64,000 bases of DNA from Oculina patagonica. Its lineage: Eukaryota. Made by a program: the position numbers and the translations under genes. A model generated the notes under the pieces. It made no database searches and was not told where the DNA came from. It saw only the letters and a list, made by a program, of their open reading frames with translations. The DNA lies in assembly GCF_052425735.1 (NCBI RefSeq), contig NC_135769.1, positions 29,264,001-29,328,000 of the forward strand. The letters are read 5' to 3'. Of this stretch, positions 14,196 to 27,670 are shown one piece after another. Numbering within the stretch: the stretch's first letter is position 1; every line of letters starts with the position of its first letter.

Positions 14196-15699
14196 AGTCT
14201 TAAAAGATTCTGAGTTTTAGAATTTTGATGACTTCATGGGAAATCCAAGAATATAATGAAGCTTACACTTTTGAATTTCAGGTGATTATTTCTAGTATTT
14301 GGATCTTCGCATTTATATTTAACATTCCACCATTTCTTGTCGCGGGCGTTAAGAAGAAAAGTCGCAGAAACTTCTGCGTTTTAATCTGGCCTGAAGATTG
14401 GATGGGGGAAGCTTATAGCTGGTCATGGCTAGTGTTAGCAATTCTTTCCTTGGTACTGATGATTGGGTTGTATTCAAGAGTAGTGTACACTTTGTGGCTC
14501 AAACGTGCTGATGATAGTCCTCTAAACAATCAACAAAGTGTAAGTATGTTACTGGTTTTCTTAATAGTTGCTATCGACTTTTGAACTGGAATTTCGATTT
14601 TTATGAACACATTATTACTTCTATTACAAGACTAAAGTAATCAGAGGGCCAATAATCGATCGAATTGTCCTATTTGCGTTCACAGATATATTAAACAGAT
14701 ATATTATCAGATATATTAAACATCCCAGGCGTTTACTTCAAATTTGGCCTGGTGGATCCGTCGTTTATTAAAGCCGGCGGTGTCCAGCGTTTATTAACAA
14801 AGCGCAATTCTTCTGTCATTTTCTCAGGATGATTTATTATGACCCATCCTTCGAAACCCACCATTTGTGTTGTCCTGCCCCGACAAACCGTCCAAGGGTC
14901 TCCGAAGATGAATGTTGCCAAAGTAACAGTGTTGTATACGGTTATAAACGTCCTTTTCTACTGTTACAAACAGCAGTGCGTCAGTCATTACAATATGAAC
15001 GCGAACATTGCTATGTTAAATTTTGCTGTACAGCATCCATCCTAGTAAAGTTACGCCGAACGTTTCCTTGAACATTATTAAACTAGTTTGTCTTAAAAGT
15101 GCTATTAAATAGAATATATATTGTCTGCTCGACCTCAAACAAACGCCGGACCCCGAAACGCCCCCGGAATTATAGTGACACGATGTTTATACGAAGCCGG
15201 TGATAAATTGGGTCCAGCGTTTAATCAAGAAAATACCGTTAAAACAGAAATTTACTTCTCTCTATACACAGGGTGTCACGAGGGTGCGGAAGCGTGTCAC
15301 ATTGATGGTCGTTACAGTCACTACCATATTTGGAATCTGTTGGGGTGTAGAGTCAGTTGAATACGTCCTCAGGCAATTTCCCTCCCTGAATATCAATCCA
15401 GCCGTAGTCGCTATAGTTGACATAATGGTTTTGTTCAACTCTGCTATAAACCCATTCGTGTACGCGCTGTTTAACCAGCAATTCAGGAAGAAGATGAAGA
15501 AAATGATTTGCTGTAATGGTTCCTCAGCACTCAGGGTTCATCCTATACCGGAAGCTCAGGACATAGGGTCTGCTGACAACACTACCTACCCGACCCACGC
15601 AGTCGGACCATTCTCTACAGAGTGATGCGTTTATTTCGATCTAGGTGTTTTGCTATCAAAGTGACAAAGATGGAAAACAATATTGCGAAAATAAGGCCT

Positions 15700-15791
15700 A
15701 AAAAATCAGGCTTCTAGTTCGGAATTCAAACCCGTGACCTTTGCGATACCGATCGATGCAGTGCTCTTACCAACTGAGCTATCGAGCTAAC
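15700..15791 (-). mobile_element. tRNA-derived SINE head
   Basis: Minus strand: TAGCTCAGTTGGTAAGAGC (A box) ... GGGTTTGAATTCC (B-box-like); no proper acceptor stem. Confidence 0.65.
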
Positions 15792-16633
15792 AGTACTGCA
15801 TTAATCTTTCAAGATCAATACGACTAATAGGCATTTAAATACAGATAACTTATTTAAAATTCATCGTTTTATTCTAGAGAAACATGAAGTTTTTTTCCCT
15901 AATTTTGGGCAACTTTAATTTCTACATTTTAATCACAGACAAAGTGTATGTAATGTTAACTAAATATATATGGTAATATAATCAATTTGGTGGAAGTCTA
16001 GCGTTATTTATGCAAATATTTCAGTTAGATTGAGTGAGCTACAAGTCGTTTTTTAGAGCCTGAGCTGAAATGTGAAGCACTATTTATTTTAGAGCAAAAA
16101 AAAGAACAATTTGAAGCGTTCCTAAAATGGTCAATTTTTGGTACTTTTGAATCACGTATTTCAGATGGTAACCATTATCAAACTAGTGTGTAAAAATACA
16201 TTTCACATTAATAGACACTTTAAATTGAATTTCTTGGCTTTGCTTCGAACTGCGTTTGCTTGACACTAAATCGGCATCCTTGTTATGGGCAAACAGCATC
16301 CACGTTTTTTTTCTAATTTGCTTTTTTTTTTTTGTTTTACTTATTTGTTGAAGGAAACGGAAAGGATACTTTTCGTATCGCAACGAAACGCATACTTAAA
16401 AAAGAAAAAAACAGAACGTATAATTTTAGGCACTGGGAATAGAATAATTATAATGACATTGAAAACACTACGTGGAGACTATCTGGTAAAGCGAAGAACC
16501 GAAGTTAAATAGCGAAAAATATTCCGACGGTTTCAGGTGTCTATTGGCTGTGAATTATGAAGTGATGGCAAAAACAAGCAGGAATAATTTTTCGAAAAAA
16601 AGTGTATTGTAAGTGCCAAAAAGTTCATTATAA

Positions 16634-16668
16634 ACCAAACGTTTCGGGCTTAGCCCTTCATCAGTGGT
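16634..16668 (-). ncRNA. Minimal type I hammerhead ribozyme motif (Penelope pLTR type)
   Basis: Minus strand: ACCA-CUGAUGA-A-GGGC-UAA-GCCC-GAAA-CG-UU-UGGU; stems I and II pair, palindromic minimal stem III. Confidence 0.75.
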
Positions 16669-16717
16669 GAATTGGTCGTAAATAAAACGACCGTTAAAAA
16701 TACACCACGAGAGTATG

Positions 16718-16769
16718 TATTTAAAGTCATGTCTCTAGCACGCGCGCGCTAGAGACATGACTTTAAATA
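16718..16769. repeat. Perfect 22-bp-arm hairpin next to the hammerhead
   Basis: TATTTAAAGTCATGTCTCTAGC-acgcgcgc-GCTAGAGACATGACTTTAAATA. Confidence 0.95.
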
Positions 16770-19652
16770 GCGAACAAAGATTTATTCTTTAAAACTAGGA
16801 ATAATTTTTGTCCGTTACCTTGATGGAAATGGGCTTTTTTACCCCAGTGATTAATTGAAGTAAATGAAATCTGCATATTTAAATGGAACTGAGGTGTACT
16901 GAATTGTACGACACGAACTCAAGTTACCAATAATCAAATTAATAGCAATATCTTTTAGGCAGCAAGTCGATCATATCTTCCATCATTATTAACAACAGTA
17001 TAGATAACAGCAAGACTCAGAACCCATTTGAATGCACGTAATTGACGGGCGAGTGGCAGCTTTAATTGGACATCCACGTCGCGATCACGCTCCACTTACA
17101 AGAACCAATCAGGAACGAGATGTTTGTTATTGATACGTGATCTTTGAACACCTGCCGACGGCTGACGTAGAGGAGCTCTAAGGAAATATAAAACTCATAA
17201 TAGCAAAAATTGGTTTTATTTGCATTGTCTCTCGAATGAAAGACTTAAATCGGTTAGCTCATCGGCTTCTTGACCTGTCCAACCTGCTACGTTACCTGAC
17301 TGATCTACTTTTGAGAGCAAGATATAAAAATACAGCAACTTCAGGTAAACCACTTTTTTGCATCAATTGCATAAACATTTGAGTAGCCCTAGAAAGTATG
17401 GCCAATATATGGTCGTTACCTCAGTTCGACTATAGTCGACGATATCGTCGACTATGGTTTCGACAATAGTTTTTCAAAACATCGTTCAACCAGTTGCATT
17501 ATTCAAAGAAGGTTTCCAGATCTCGCTATGAATAGTTAGGTTTGTCGCTTTGCAAACGACAAATTCTTCCCATGAGCAAGAAAAGATACTCGCAAAGAAA
17601 GTTAGTTGTAAATTGAAGGTACTGAATTTTATGCTCTGGGGTTACATTTTATTTCTTATTATACTCTGCTATTTCAACTTATGTTGCATATTAAATAACT
17701 CCTTAATCAAATCCTTAAGAATATATAACATGACAGTTAAAATATAGGCGAGAACAAAAGCGTGATCACGGGTAAAAAGAACTTTTACTCGTGATCATGC
17801 AATAAACTATAATGAGAGGTGAACACTCTTATATAGCTGATAACGTTATCAAGCCCTGAATTACGCCGACATGATCACGTTCGATTACGTGTTTGATGAA
17901 ATTATACTGGAAATGTATGTAAAATTATTTAGGTTAAATAATACCACGCACTTTCGATGCGTCAACTAGCGGCCGATTGCGACTACGAGCACACAATCCA
18001 TCGGCAAGCAATTAACTTCTCTAATCTGTGATCATCAATCTAGCTTTGCAGTAAGTTCGTATTTTGATTAGTCAGTTAGCCTGCGTGGCCGGCGTTCAAA
18101 AACAACTCTGAAACAACTAAATGCACCTCGATTAAAAAACATTGATTAGGTCTTTATTTGCCTCGACACGCGAAAATATCATCATTTTGCAATATTAATA
18201 GAATATATTGTGGACCGTACGAATGAAATCTATAAAAAAAATCTTCTTGAGAAAAAAACGCTACTGTGATTATCTAAATTATCATGTCAACCAAATGAAT
18301 TGCAAAATAAACGGAATAAACGAATTTTAATAAGCAGCAGTTGGCTGTTCGGTGAGCGCGTTCTGGAAAAGCATCAGTGTGTTTCGATATTCGCTACTGC
18401 TCACCTCGATCTGTCTCTCCCTTTCCATCGCAAAATTAAATTAGACAGGAACCTTGTACCCATGATTCGTAGAGTCGACAACCAGTTCATCTTAAAAACA
18501 GACTGGAGAACAACTTCCCCTACGAGTATTTTCGCTTCGATCTTTCCTTGATAAGTCGGGAAACAGGGAGGCGACTTGGCCCTTCCTTTTCCCGTCTTTT
18601 CTAGAAAGATCGAAGGGAGATCTGCTTTCAAGGTAAGAACAACTTGAAGTAAATTCAACTTGCCGAACAGACTCGAGAATGTAAACAAATATGTGCTTTT
18701 TATGATGTATCCATGGAATGCATTGTTCACGAATAAGCAAATATTTTTATATGTATGCGTATTGTTGCATACGTACTGAACATTACAAATCTGTCACCAC
18801 AAAACCTAAAAATATTTTTCTTAAATTGTTAATCAGAGAAAACTACGCCCTCTATATCATGGACGTGCCAAAAGTCTTGCCAAAATGAGTAGACATATTT
18901 CCAGAAACACTCATAATAAGGCGCGCATGTTTACCCACTGTTTCCCAGTTTTGCCACACGGGAAGCATTGTTTCCACCATCAATTATTTTTTTCCAAGGA
19001 GCGAATCTTTTTTTCTGCAACACGTACGGCAGAAAAATTACGTGTTTCCGGGCGGCATTGAGCCATGGGAAGATGAGGAAACAATTATGGAAACAAAACA
19101 AAAAAAAAACGCTTTTCCTCGTTTTGCCGGGCCCTCTTTTTTTTAGTCCCTTGAGCGTGAAGTGACAAAGATGAACGCGGGTGGAAAATGACCACCCGAA
19201 ATCTGGGGGTGAGACGAACGAAAAAAAGAGCTTTCCAAATTTTCAATTATCAAATCTTAACTTCGACATCCCTCCCCAGGCATATACCCCGGGCATTTAA
19301 GTCAATGGAATACCAAAGCGGGTGATCGAGGTTGAATTTATACTTCAAAGGAAATACGCTTCTGTTCTGTTCTATTGCTTGTTTTCCCCATTTTAATATA
19401 TATGCCCTAGGGGTAGGGAAATTTCATCACGAAATGTGACCATTAGCTGGGGACATTTATATACACTATTTTTGGCCCGGGAATGGAAATTTGAACAACC
19501 AAAACTTCAAAGTTCAAATGCCTTGTGGGTTGTCCCGATGGGATGTTGAAGTTTAGAATTGATCATTACATTAGGTTTTACGCATCCTGATGTTGCTTTT
19601 TCAAGGTCACTGAACTAACATTGACCATTAGTCTTGGACCACTCGTTGGATC

Positions 19653-22600
19653 ATGTCCGAGTCAGCTGGTGTTGCCATAACAACGGTACTGTCAATACTC
19701 GTCGTTGTGGATATCGTGGGAAACTCTGTCGTTGTTTGTGCGATCATAAAGAGAAATCGAGATATGAGGTATGCCAAGTCTGAAATAATTAAATAGGGCT
19801 TAAAGCTAGTTGCTAATAACGTTGTACATAAGTAATGTTGTACATTACTTAATTTAAATCCTGGAGCACCTGGAAACTAGCGAACAGCTATGAGTATACT
19901 TGTCCACGTTAAATAAAATATGTCTATGTCTAACGCTTCCTATCTTAACACTTTGTTTTAATTGTAAAATTGCTTTTTTTTTTGTAAAATTCATATTGCA
20001 CTCGCTCAATATTAGTTTTTCCTCGCAGCATTTGCGCTTTTCACTGCCTTTCTATTACTACTGCCTTCAATCATATTTATGGCGACAGCTAATGAACCTC
20101 GAAAAAGGAAACTAACAAAGTGCTGAAAGTGGATAGAAATCTACTAATCACAACCGACAGACGTGACGATTTCATTTCAACCGGTAAAAGCTATATAAGT
20201 GAACTTCTCTTTCCAAAAACCAGATTATTACTTATACAAACTAGTAGCAATCCCGCTGAATCATTATAAATGGTTGAATGGTAAATCTAAATTGCAAGTG
20301 ATATTACTAATACTGAAGTTTTTTACACATGTGCGTTCCGAACATATCTGCGCGTTTTCTTATTTCTATTTCCTATATGTATTTATCATTTCCTTTTCAA
20401 TACCACAGGATTCCCATCAATTACCTACTTGTAAACCTGGCTGTAGCAGATATCGTGTACGCAACGTTTGTTGCCCCAAAAGTATTATTTGTTCGGCTTT
20501 CTTTCATCCATCATCCAGACGGGGTGATTGGTAGAGTGTTATGTACAACGCTGACAGGTGGAATTTTTGCGTGGATTGGAGCAGCGTCTCCGTTGTCACT
20601 TTGGTTGCAATCGCCATTGAACGATATTATGCAGTAATGTATCCCCTTGGCAACAAAGGGAAACTTACAAAGCGTAAACTGAAGGTAAGCATGGCTGGGA
20701 ACCTTTAGTGCTGCTAAATATGAAGTATCTTTTTTTTTTAATTTTCTCTTTAAATTAACAATTGTGTCATGCTTCAGGGTGCACTATCGAGTTATGGCGT
20801 CAAAATCATTTTTGCATCCCAGACATAAGTTTGCTTCCGAAACATATGTTGCCAAGTTAAACCACCTTGGAAGCAATGTTGACTAATTTCAAGTGCTTCT
20901 GATTAAAAGCGTTCCGTAGCAACAGCCCGCTCGCATATTATGTGCATGATTTACACTTTGTTCGCGGAACATTGTTTCCTAGTTTGGCCATCCGCGCGGA
21001 CAGCAAAACATTTTCCTTGCTTCCTTGCTTATTTAGGCACCTAGAAGACAAGACAAGGAACAATGTTTCCTAGTTTAGCCAGGTCTTTAAACTAACAACT
21101 TACACGGTTTTCTACAGTAGTTCGACTAGAATTTGGTCGATAACCAGAAAACAGGCACATGAGCCATAGTTATACATTGTATATCCGGCCACTCATCGCA
21201 TTGTTCTTGTGACACAATAATTAATGACCTGACAAATAATTCGATGCCTACTTTCCCAAACATTTTCCAAAACTGTCGATTTAGGAATTGATTTCAATGA
21301 ATCATTGTTACACTGTTTATGGGTTGCTTATCAAACTATTCTGGTGACGAAATAACAGTGACGACACATGTGGCTCCATATCGGGCAATATGTCGAGAAA
21401 GTTCGATTTTGGCACCAAAAGTGTTTAACATATGTATGAATTACGATTGCGATGCTTACACTTTTCAATTTCAGGTGATCATTCCCGGTAGTTGGGCCTT
21501 AGCTTTAATCCTCAATTCCCCGCTGTTCCTTTTCAAAGACATTGAGAAGAAAGAAGATGGTCTCTTCTGCTTGTCTATCTGGCCAGAAAGGTGGATGGAA
21601 AAGGCTTATGGTGTGACGTGGTTTCTCGTGGTAGCTCTTCCCTTATCATTAATGGTTGGGTTATATTCCAGAATCGTGTACGCTTTGTGGTTCAAACGTA
21701 ATGAGGACAATCAGCTTAACCACCAAAAGACAGTAAGTGTTTTATATAGGAGTGTCTGGTGAGTTTTAATAGTTTTACCGAATTGATTTATCGCGAAATG
21801 CTTTGAAATTTAATCCAATTTGGGATCACTTCTTACGCGATTAGAAATGAGAGTGCTTCGGTTTTATCAACTTGAATTTGAACGGAAAACTTGTTTTTCC
21901 TACAAGAACAAAACAAGAAAAGCAACCTAACGCCAGGGGTTAAAACCCGCACTTTCGCAAAATAGTAATTTTGATAAATTACTAGTTTGCGAGAGCTGTT
22001 AAAGTCGCCAAACAGATCAGAACTACCAAAAGGTTTATGTTACAAGAACGACAGGTATATATTAACGCAAGAGTAAAATAGTAAACTCTGTAACATAGTA
22101 AAATTACTATTTTGCGAGATAGGTTGTAATAATTATGCGTTAGGTAATACGAAATGGAAGAATGTTGGTACAGAAAGGACGAGAATTTTACCGAGAACAG
22201 GAGATAATATAGAACAAACATCGTTCTCACGAAAACGCAAGTCCCATGATGCAGTATCTATCCAATAAAAAAAACCCTCCAGTATTGGGCAGCCGCCCAG
22301 ATACCTGATAATGTCTTGCTGCTCATATATTTTCCATTTCTTAAATATTAACTGCGCTTTGCATCTCTCTATACACACTCAGGGTGTTGTGAAGGTTCGG
22401 AAGCGTGTCACCTTGATGGTCGTAGCTGTCACTGCCATATTTGGAATCTGTTGGTGTACTGCCTCAGTTGTCTTCCTCTTACAAAACGCAGCATCCTACA
22501 ACATTGGTCCGATCCCATTCGCCATATCGAACAAAATGGTTTTGTTCAATTCAGCCGTCAACCCATTTGTGTACGCTCTGTTGAACCAGCAATTCAGGGA

Positions 22601-22736
22601 AAAGATGAAAGGAATGTTTTGTTGCAATAGCAATGCTCCTTCCATGGTTCATCCTACGGTGAAGCTTCGGAACATTGGGCTTGTCGAAAACAACACCCCG
22701 CAGACCCACACAGTAGAACAATGTTCCACAGAGTGA
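19653..22736 (+). pseudogene. Class A GPCR paralogue copy 3 (1-nt deletion in exon 2)
   Basis: Exons 19653-19768, 20409-20684, 21475-21732, 22383-22736. Exon 2 is 276 nt (wrong phase); frame lost after WIGAAS at ~20589. Confidence 0.88.
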
Positions 22737-24142
22737 TGTGTTCATTATAATCTCGTCGTTTCGAGTCAATTAACACATTCTAAAGGATATTTTTCATTCG
22801 CGAGAATTAACATGGAAAATATCCATGCATGGATTGGATATGCATGGATATGCATATTATGTATATTAGTGGACTTTAATTAACATCGAAATAGTACAGC
22901 AAGGAATATAGCTCTAGCTAGAGTGCTTGGTTGACTACTACTAACTAAAGACTAACTAAAGTTATTTATTTCCATGCCAGAAAAAAACAATAGCGGAGCT
23001 CCACAGAGGCCCAAAGGGCAGCAAAGCGGAGCCCCCAAAAGAAAATCCACAGATATAGGAAAACCATGAACTTGAGTTTTCATGGTCAACAATGAACCAT
23101 GTTTTCAACCATGTTTTCAATTTTCTTGGACATCACGGCTAGCGGCATAGCTCGCGGGCGCGTGCGTCATTACGTACGTCGCCCACTTCAGAAATAGATT
23201 TATCCTAACCTCTTTGATTCAGGGCATCCACGTTATGTTCAATCGACAGCTGTCAGTACAAGGTGTCCGCTGATCAGTATCACGTGACCATATTGCGGGA
23301 TCAGGTGTATAACTCGTGGTCATGTGGATCGCGGGCTCAAGTGTTATTTTTTATGAATTCAGATATATAAATAAAGGGCAAAGTAAATTACCGTGGAGCT
23401 CCGCTTTTAGGCTTGGCTAAATCTATTTAATAATATATTACTGCTGTGTCCTACGCATGTCATGGCGATAGTTATAACTGCTCCTGTCTGTACGTTTGTA
23501 TTGGATGTTTGTCATAATATTATATCATACGTTATATTTTTGTCGATACCATTGTCACTGTCATTGTTACTAACTATAATCTTACTTAACAAGTTTTATT
23601 CGATTTAAAATCAACTTCACGATGAAGGCAATTCAGTTTAGCGAATGTCTGCTGTTCTACTGCATGTCGAAAGTCGTGATAATATAAATTTCACGGAAGA
23701 CCGTATCGCTCAACAATCACCTGAGACGCCTGTAGATTTAAATTCAAGCAGGGGAGTTCGTGTAAGGGCTATGCCAGCTTTCGTGGGATCTTGATAGTAT
23801 CTGATGTTAAGCCATAACTACTGAGACAGAGAAGTACTCGTTTCCATTGTAACATGTTAAATGATCTTTATTCATCAAAACCCTGACCCTACATCAAGTG
23901 AATTTCTAGTTCTACAGAATTATAGTAGTTTTACATAATGCAGTAGTTCACAATTCATTACAGTAACTAATAATCAGAATGTTAGCATAAGCGGTTGCTA
24001 TAGTGATGAAACACTGCAATATCATTTGGATGAAACATATCCATTATTTACCAAAAATTATCGATAGTCTGATCTGCTACTGTTTAACAAATGGACTACA
24101 TTTTCCATTATAGGATTATGCAGTTTCCAGCATCCTCAAGTA

Positions 24143-25636
24143 AATTTGTTGATTCGCAACAAAGTAGTTGGAAAATATTGCTCTTACACTATTTAAAACC
24201 AGTTGGGGGTAAACTTGTTTTAGGATGTGGATTTGATATAAAGAAACTTCCGATAAAATTGCCAAAATTTTATGAGGAATGTTTTCAAATTTTTTCTGAG
24301 CATTCTGTAGCGACTGCAGTAAACGTTCAATGCTTGAATAACATTTCTAGGGCGGATATAATCATATGGAACAATAAACATATTTGTGTCGATGATAAAT
24401 CAATTTTCCGTCACACATTGTTTGAGAAAGGAATAATTACGCTTGAAAATCTTATAAATGACAACAATGATTTAATCATTAAGAATCCTCGTAGCTCAAT
24501 TTTTACACCGGTAGAAGTGTTTTCTCTGATGCAAGTCATTGATGCGCTGCCAATACAATGGCGAAATTCCTTAACCGCCTGTGGGCACAAGTGCAATAAA
24601 GCATTTGTTCTAAATGATCACATTAAATTGCGTTTGAATAATCAAGAAGTGTTGATTAACAAGGCTGTTTCAAAAAACGTTTATCGTGAAGTTCGATCCA
24701 AGTATGAAACCCCTCCAACTGCGCAAATGAAATATTCGGAGCAGTATTCTAGTGCGTGCTTAGAATGGCGAGAAATTTACAGTCTATCCTCTAAGGTACT
24801 CATAGACACAAAGTCGAGAGAATTTCAGTATAAAATCTTAAACAGATACTTAACAACCAACTCATTTCTTCACAAAATTGGTTTGATTGCCTCACCATTA
24901 TGTACTTTTTGTGGATTAGAGAGCGAGTCCCTCGAGCATTTACTTATCACATGTTCATTTACCAGTGATTTTTGGCTAGACTTCATTGACTGGTGCAGAA
25001 ATACAAACATTGTTTTGGAGGAACTTTCTGATATAGATAAGCTCTTTGGAGTTTGGAAAAGAAAAGAAGATTTCTTACTACTTAATCATCTTTTAATTCT
25101 AGCTAAATATCACATTTATGAATGCCGGAAGAACAACAACCGTCCATCTCTTCGAGTATTCATTAAAATTGTTAACTATACATACCAACTGGAATTATAT
25201 GCAATGAAATCACAAAATCAGGAAGACAGCCAAAATGTTAATCTTAAAAGGAAAAAATATACCGAGAGTTTATAGATTTCTTAGTGGGTAACTCCTTTGT
25301 AGCCAAATAGTATTCTTTAATTTAGTATATAAATTAAGCCATATAAATTGTAAGTAATGGTTATTGTAAGTTATGTAATCCTGTGTTAATTGTATTATTA
25401 TCAGCAGCACAAAACGAAATCGTATAGAAGTGGAAGTGATTGTAGATGTAATTGTAGTCGTGTTGTAAATGATGTAAGTAGCGCTTTTAGTATTGTAATT
25501 TAAGTAAGGTGACTGTATTGTAGTGCAAGTAGCTGTGTTGTATAACATTTGTATTATAAGTAGTGTGTTGTAATGAACTGTATTTAGCCTCAGTGTTGTA
25601 AGTAGGGTTGGCAAATTCATTAAAAAAAAAATTAAG

Positions 25637-25667
<31 letters not shown>
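24143..25667 (+). mobile_element. 5'-truncated L1/Tx1-clade LINE (ORF2 C-terminus with CCHC zinc knuckle, poly-A tail)
   Basis: Open frame to 25275 with CTFC...EHLLITC. Poly(A) at ~25639-25667. 14-bp TSD AGCATCCTCAAGTA at 24129-24142 and 25668-25681. Confidence 0.9.
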
Positions 25668-25669
<2 letters not shown>

Positions 25670-25810
25670 CATCCTCAAGTACATGAAATAAATTTCAGTT
25701 CCACTTAACTTAATGCAAGTGCAACGCCGTCCATTCACTTTGTATTACACGAGTTTGTCTCCTTTGCAACAAATTTACTATGCAAATACGTTACGGCGAT
25801 CTGCTCTTGA

Positions 25811-27670
25811 AACACCTCTCCATGGAGTACTCAGCAAACGATAAAGAAGTAAAGCAGAGTTGCAGAACTGATAAGCGACATTATATCGATGCGTTGGCCA
25901 TAGAGGCTGAGACAGCAGCAAAAAACAATGACATGAGGACTCTGTACAAAACCACCAAGAAAATGAGAGGAGACTATGGAACCAGCCAAGATAAGCCAGT
26001 AAAAACTGTCGATGGCAGGTTAATCAAGGGGGAAAGTGAGAAAATCAACAGGTGGAAAGAGTACTTTGAGACAACCCTTAGCAGACCAGTACCACTGCAA
26101 ACACCAGACATACCTGAAAGGGTGGAGGACATCGACATACCCACAGACCCCATCACAGTGGAAGAGGTGAAACAAGCAATCAAGAAGTTGAAATACCGGA
26201 AGGCACCAGAGGAGGATGAAGTGTGTGCAGAAATGCTGAAAGCCGGTGGTGAAGAAACTGCCAAGTTTTTGTTTCAGATATTGCAAAATGTCTGGGAGAC
26301 GGAGCAAATTCCAGAGGATTGGAAAACAGGGCTTATTATACCACTGCCGAAGAAAGGAGATCTTAGCGACTGCGGGAATTGGAGGGGCGTCATGCTCCTT
26401 TCTATTACCAGCTAAGTCTTCTGTCGTACTCTGCTTAATAGGATTTCTGCGACTGTAGAAGAGAATATCAGAAACGAACAGGCCGGTTTCAGAAAAGGGA
26501 GATCGTGTATAGACCAAATCTTTGCCCTCAGGCAAATCCTTGAGCAACCCATAGAATGGAACAGCAACCTCTATGTGTTATTTATCGACTTTGAAAAGGC
26601 TTTTGATAGCTTGAATCGCGAGTCGCTGTGGATCATTCTTCGAAGCTATGGTTTTCCTCGGAAGATTGTTAACATCATCAGGATGCTGTACGAAGACTTT
26701 CAGTGCAAAGTGGTATGCGGGCAACATCTGACCGACAGCTTCAGAGTTGAGACAGGGGTTAATCAAGGATGCATCTTATCTCCTTTCCTCTTCCTCCTGG
26801 CCATGGACTGGCTTATGAGGAGAACAACAGCTGGCAAGTAGAGAGGGATCCAATGGACACTGACCACAACGCTTGAAGATCTGGATTTTGGAGACGACAT
26901 TGGCCTGCTATCCAACCGCCATAATGACATCCGAGAGAAGTATCTCACCTCAATTGCAAGCCGAATTGGCTTGAGCGTCAATGTAAGGAAGACAAAACTG
27001 ATGAAACTGAACACCACAAACAACCAACCGGTTACAATTAACAACCAGCAATTAGAGGAAGGGAATGAATTCACCTACTTGGGAAGCAAAGTCTCTACTG
27101 ATGGTGACAGTGGGAAGGATGTATCGACCCGACTATCCAAGGAAAACCAGGCCTTCGGACTCCTGAATCCAGTTTGGAGATCTACCAAACTCACCCTGCA
27201 AACCAAGCTCAGGATATTTAAGAGCAATGTGCTATTGGTTCTACTGTATGGAAGTGAATGCTGGAAAGCGACCAAGGAAATTTCAAGGAAGCTGGACGTC
27301 TTCCAGACTAAATGCCTGCGGCGCATCAAACGCATCTTTTGGCCAAACAAGATCAGCAACAAAGACCTATTGTCATCATGTAATCTTGAACCAGTTTCAA
27401 TTGTTGTGCAAAAGAGAAGGTGGAGATGGCTGGGACATGTCCTACGGATGAGAGCAGACCCAGTGCCAAGGGTTGTATTGAGATGGACACCCCAAGGAAA
27501 GCGTAGCAGAGGTAGGCCTAAGGAGACCTGGAGAAGAACAGTGCAGAAAGACTTGTTGGAGCATGGCCTCACAATGGAAGCAGCAAGACAACAGGCAGAG
27601 GACCGGCAAATGTGGAGATCCCTGATGGAAGCCCCATGTGCCACCAGGCACTATGGGTCCTAAAGAAGAA
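25811..27670 (+). mobile_element. 5'-truncated RTE-clade LINE, decayed reverse transcriptase
   Basis: Motifs LPKKGDLSDCGNWRG, QAGFRKGRSC, FIDFEKAFDS, GVNQGCILSP, FGDD, RWLGHVLR, RGRPKETW, broken by stops and frameshifts. (AAG)n tail. 13-bp TSD GATCTGCTCTTGA at 25798-25810 and 27671-27683. Confidence 0.92.

Larger units (their letters stand above)
12885..15625 (+). pseudogene. Class A GPCR paralogue copy 2 (nonsense mutation)
   Basis: Exons 12885-13000, 13774-14047, 14282-14539, 15272-15625. TGG>TAG at 13934-13936 in TM3; D2.50 changed to E. Closest paralogue of copy 4, including shared upstream sequence. Confidence 0.9.

Noticed and set aside
22960-23430. Probable additional repeats (also ~14720-15240, 18895-19140, 20770-21090, 27835-28390, 45860-46268, 49300-49912)
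   Set aside because: They look like MITE or repeat remnants, but I could not fix both ends or a TSD.
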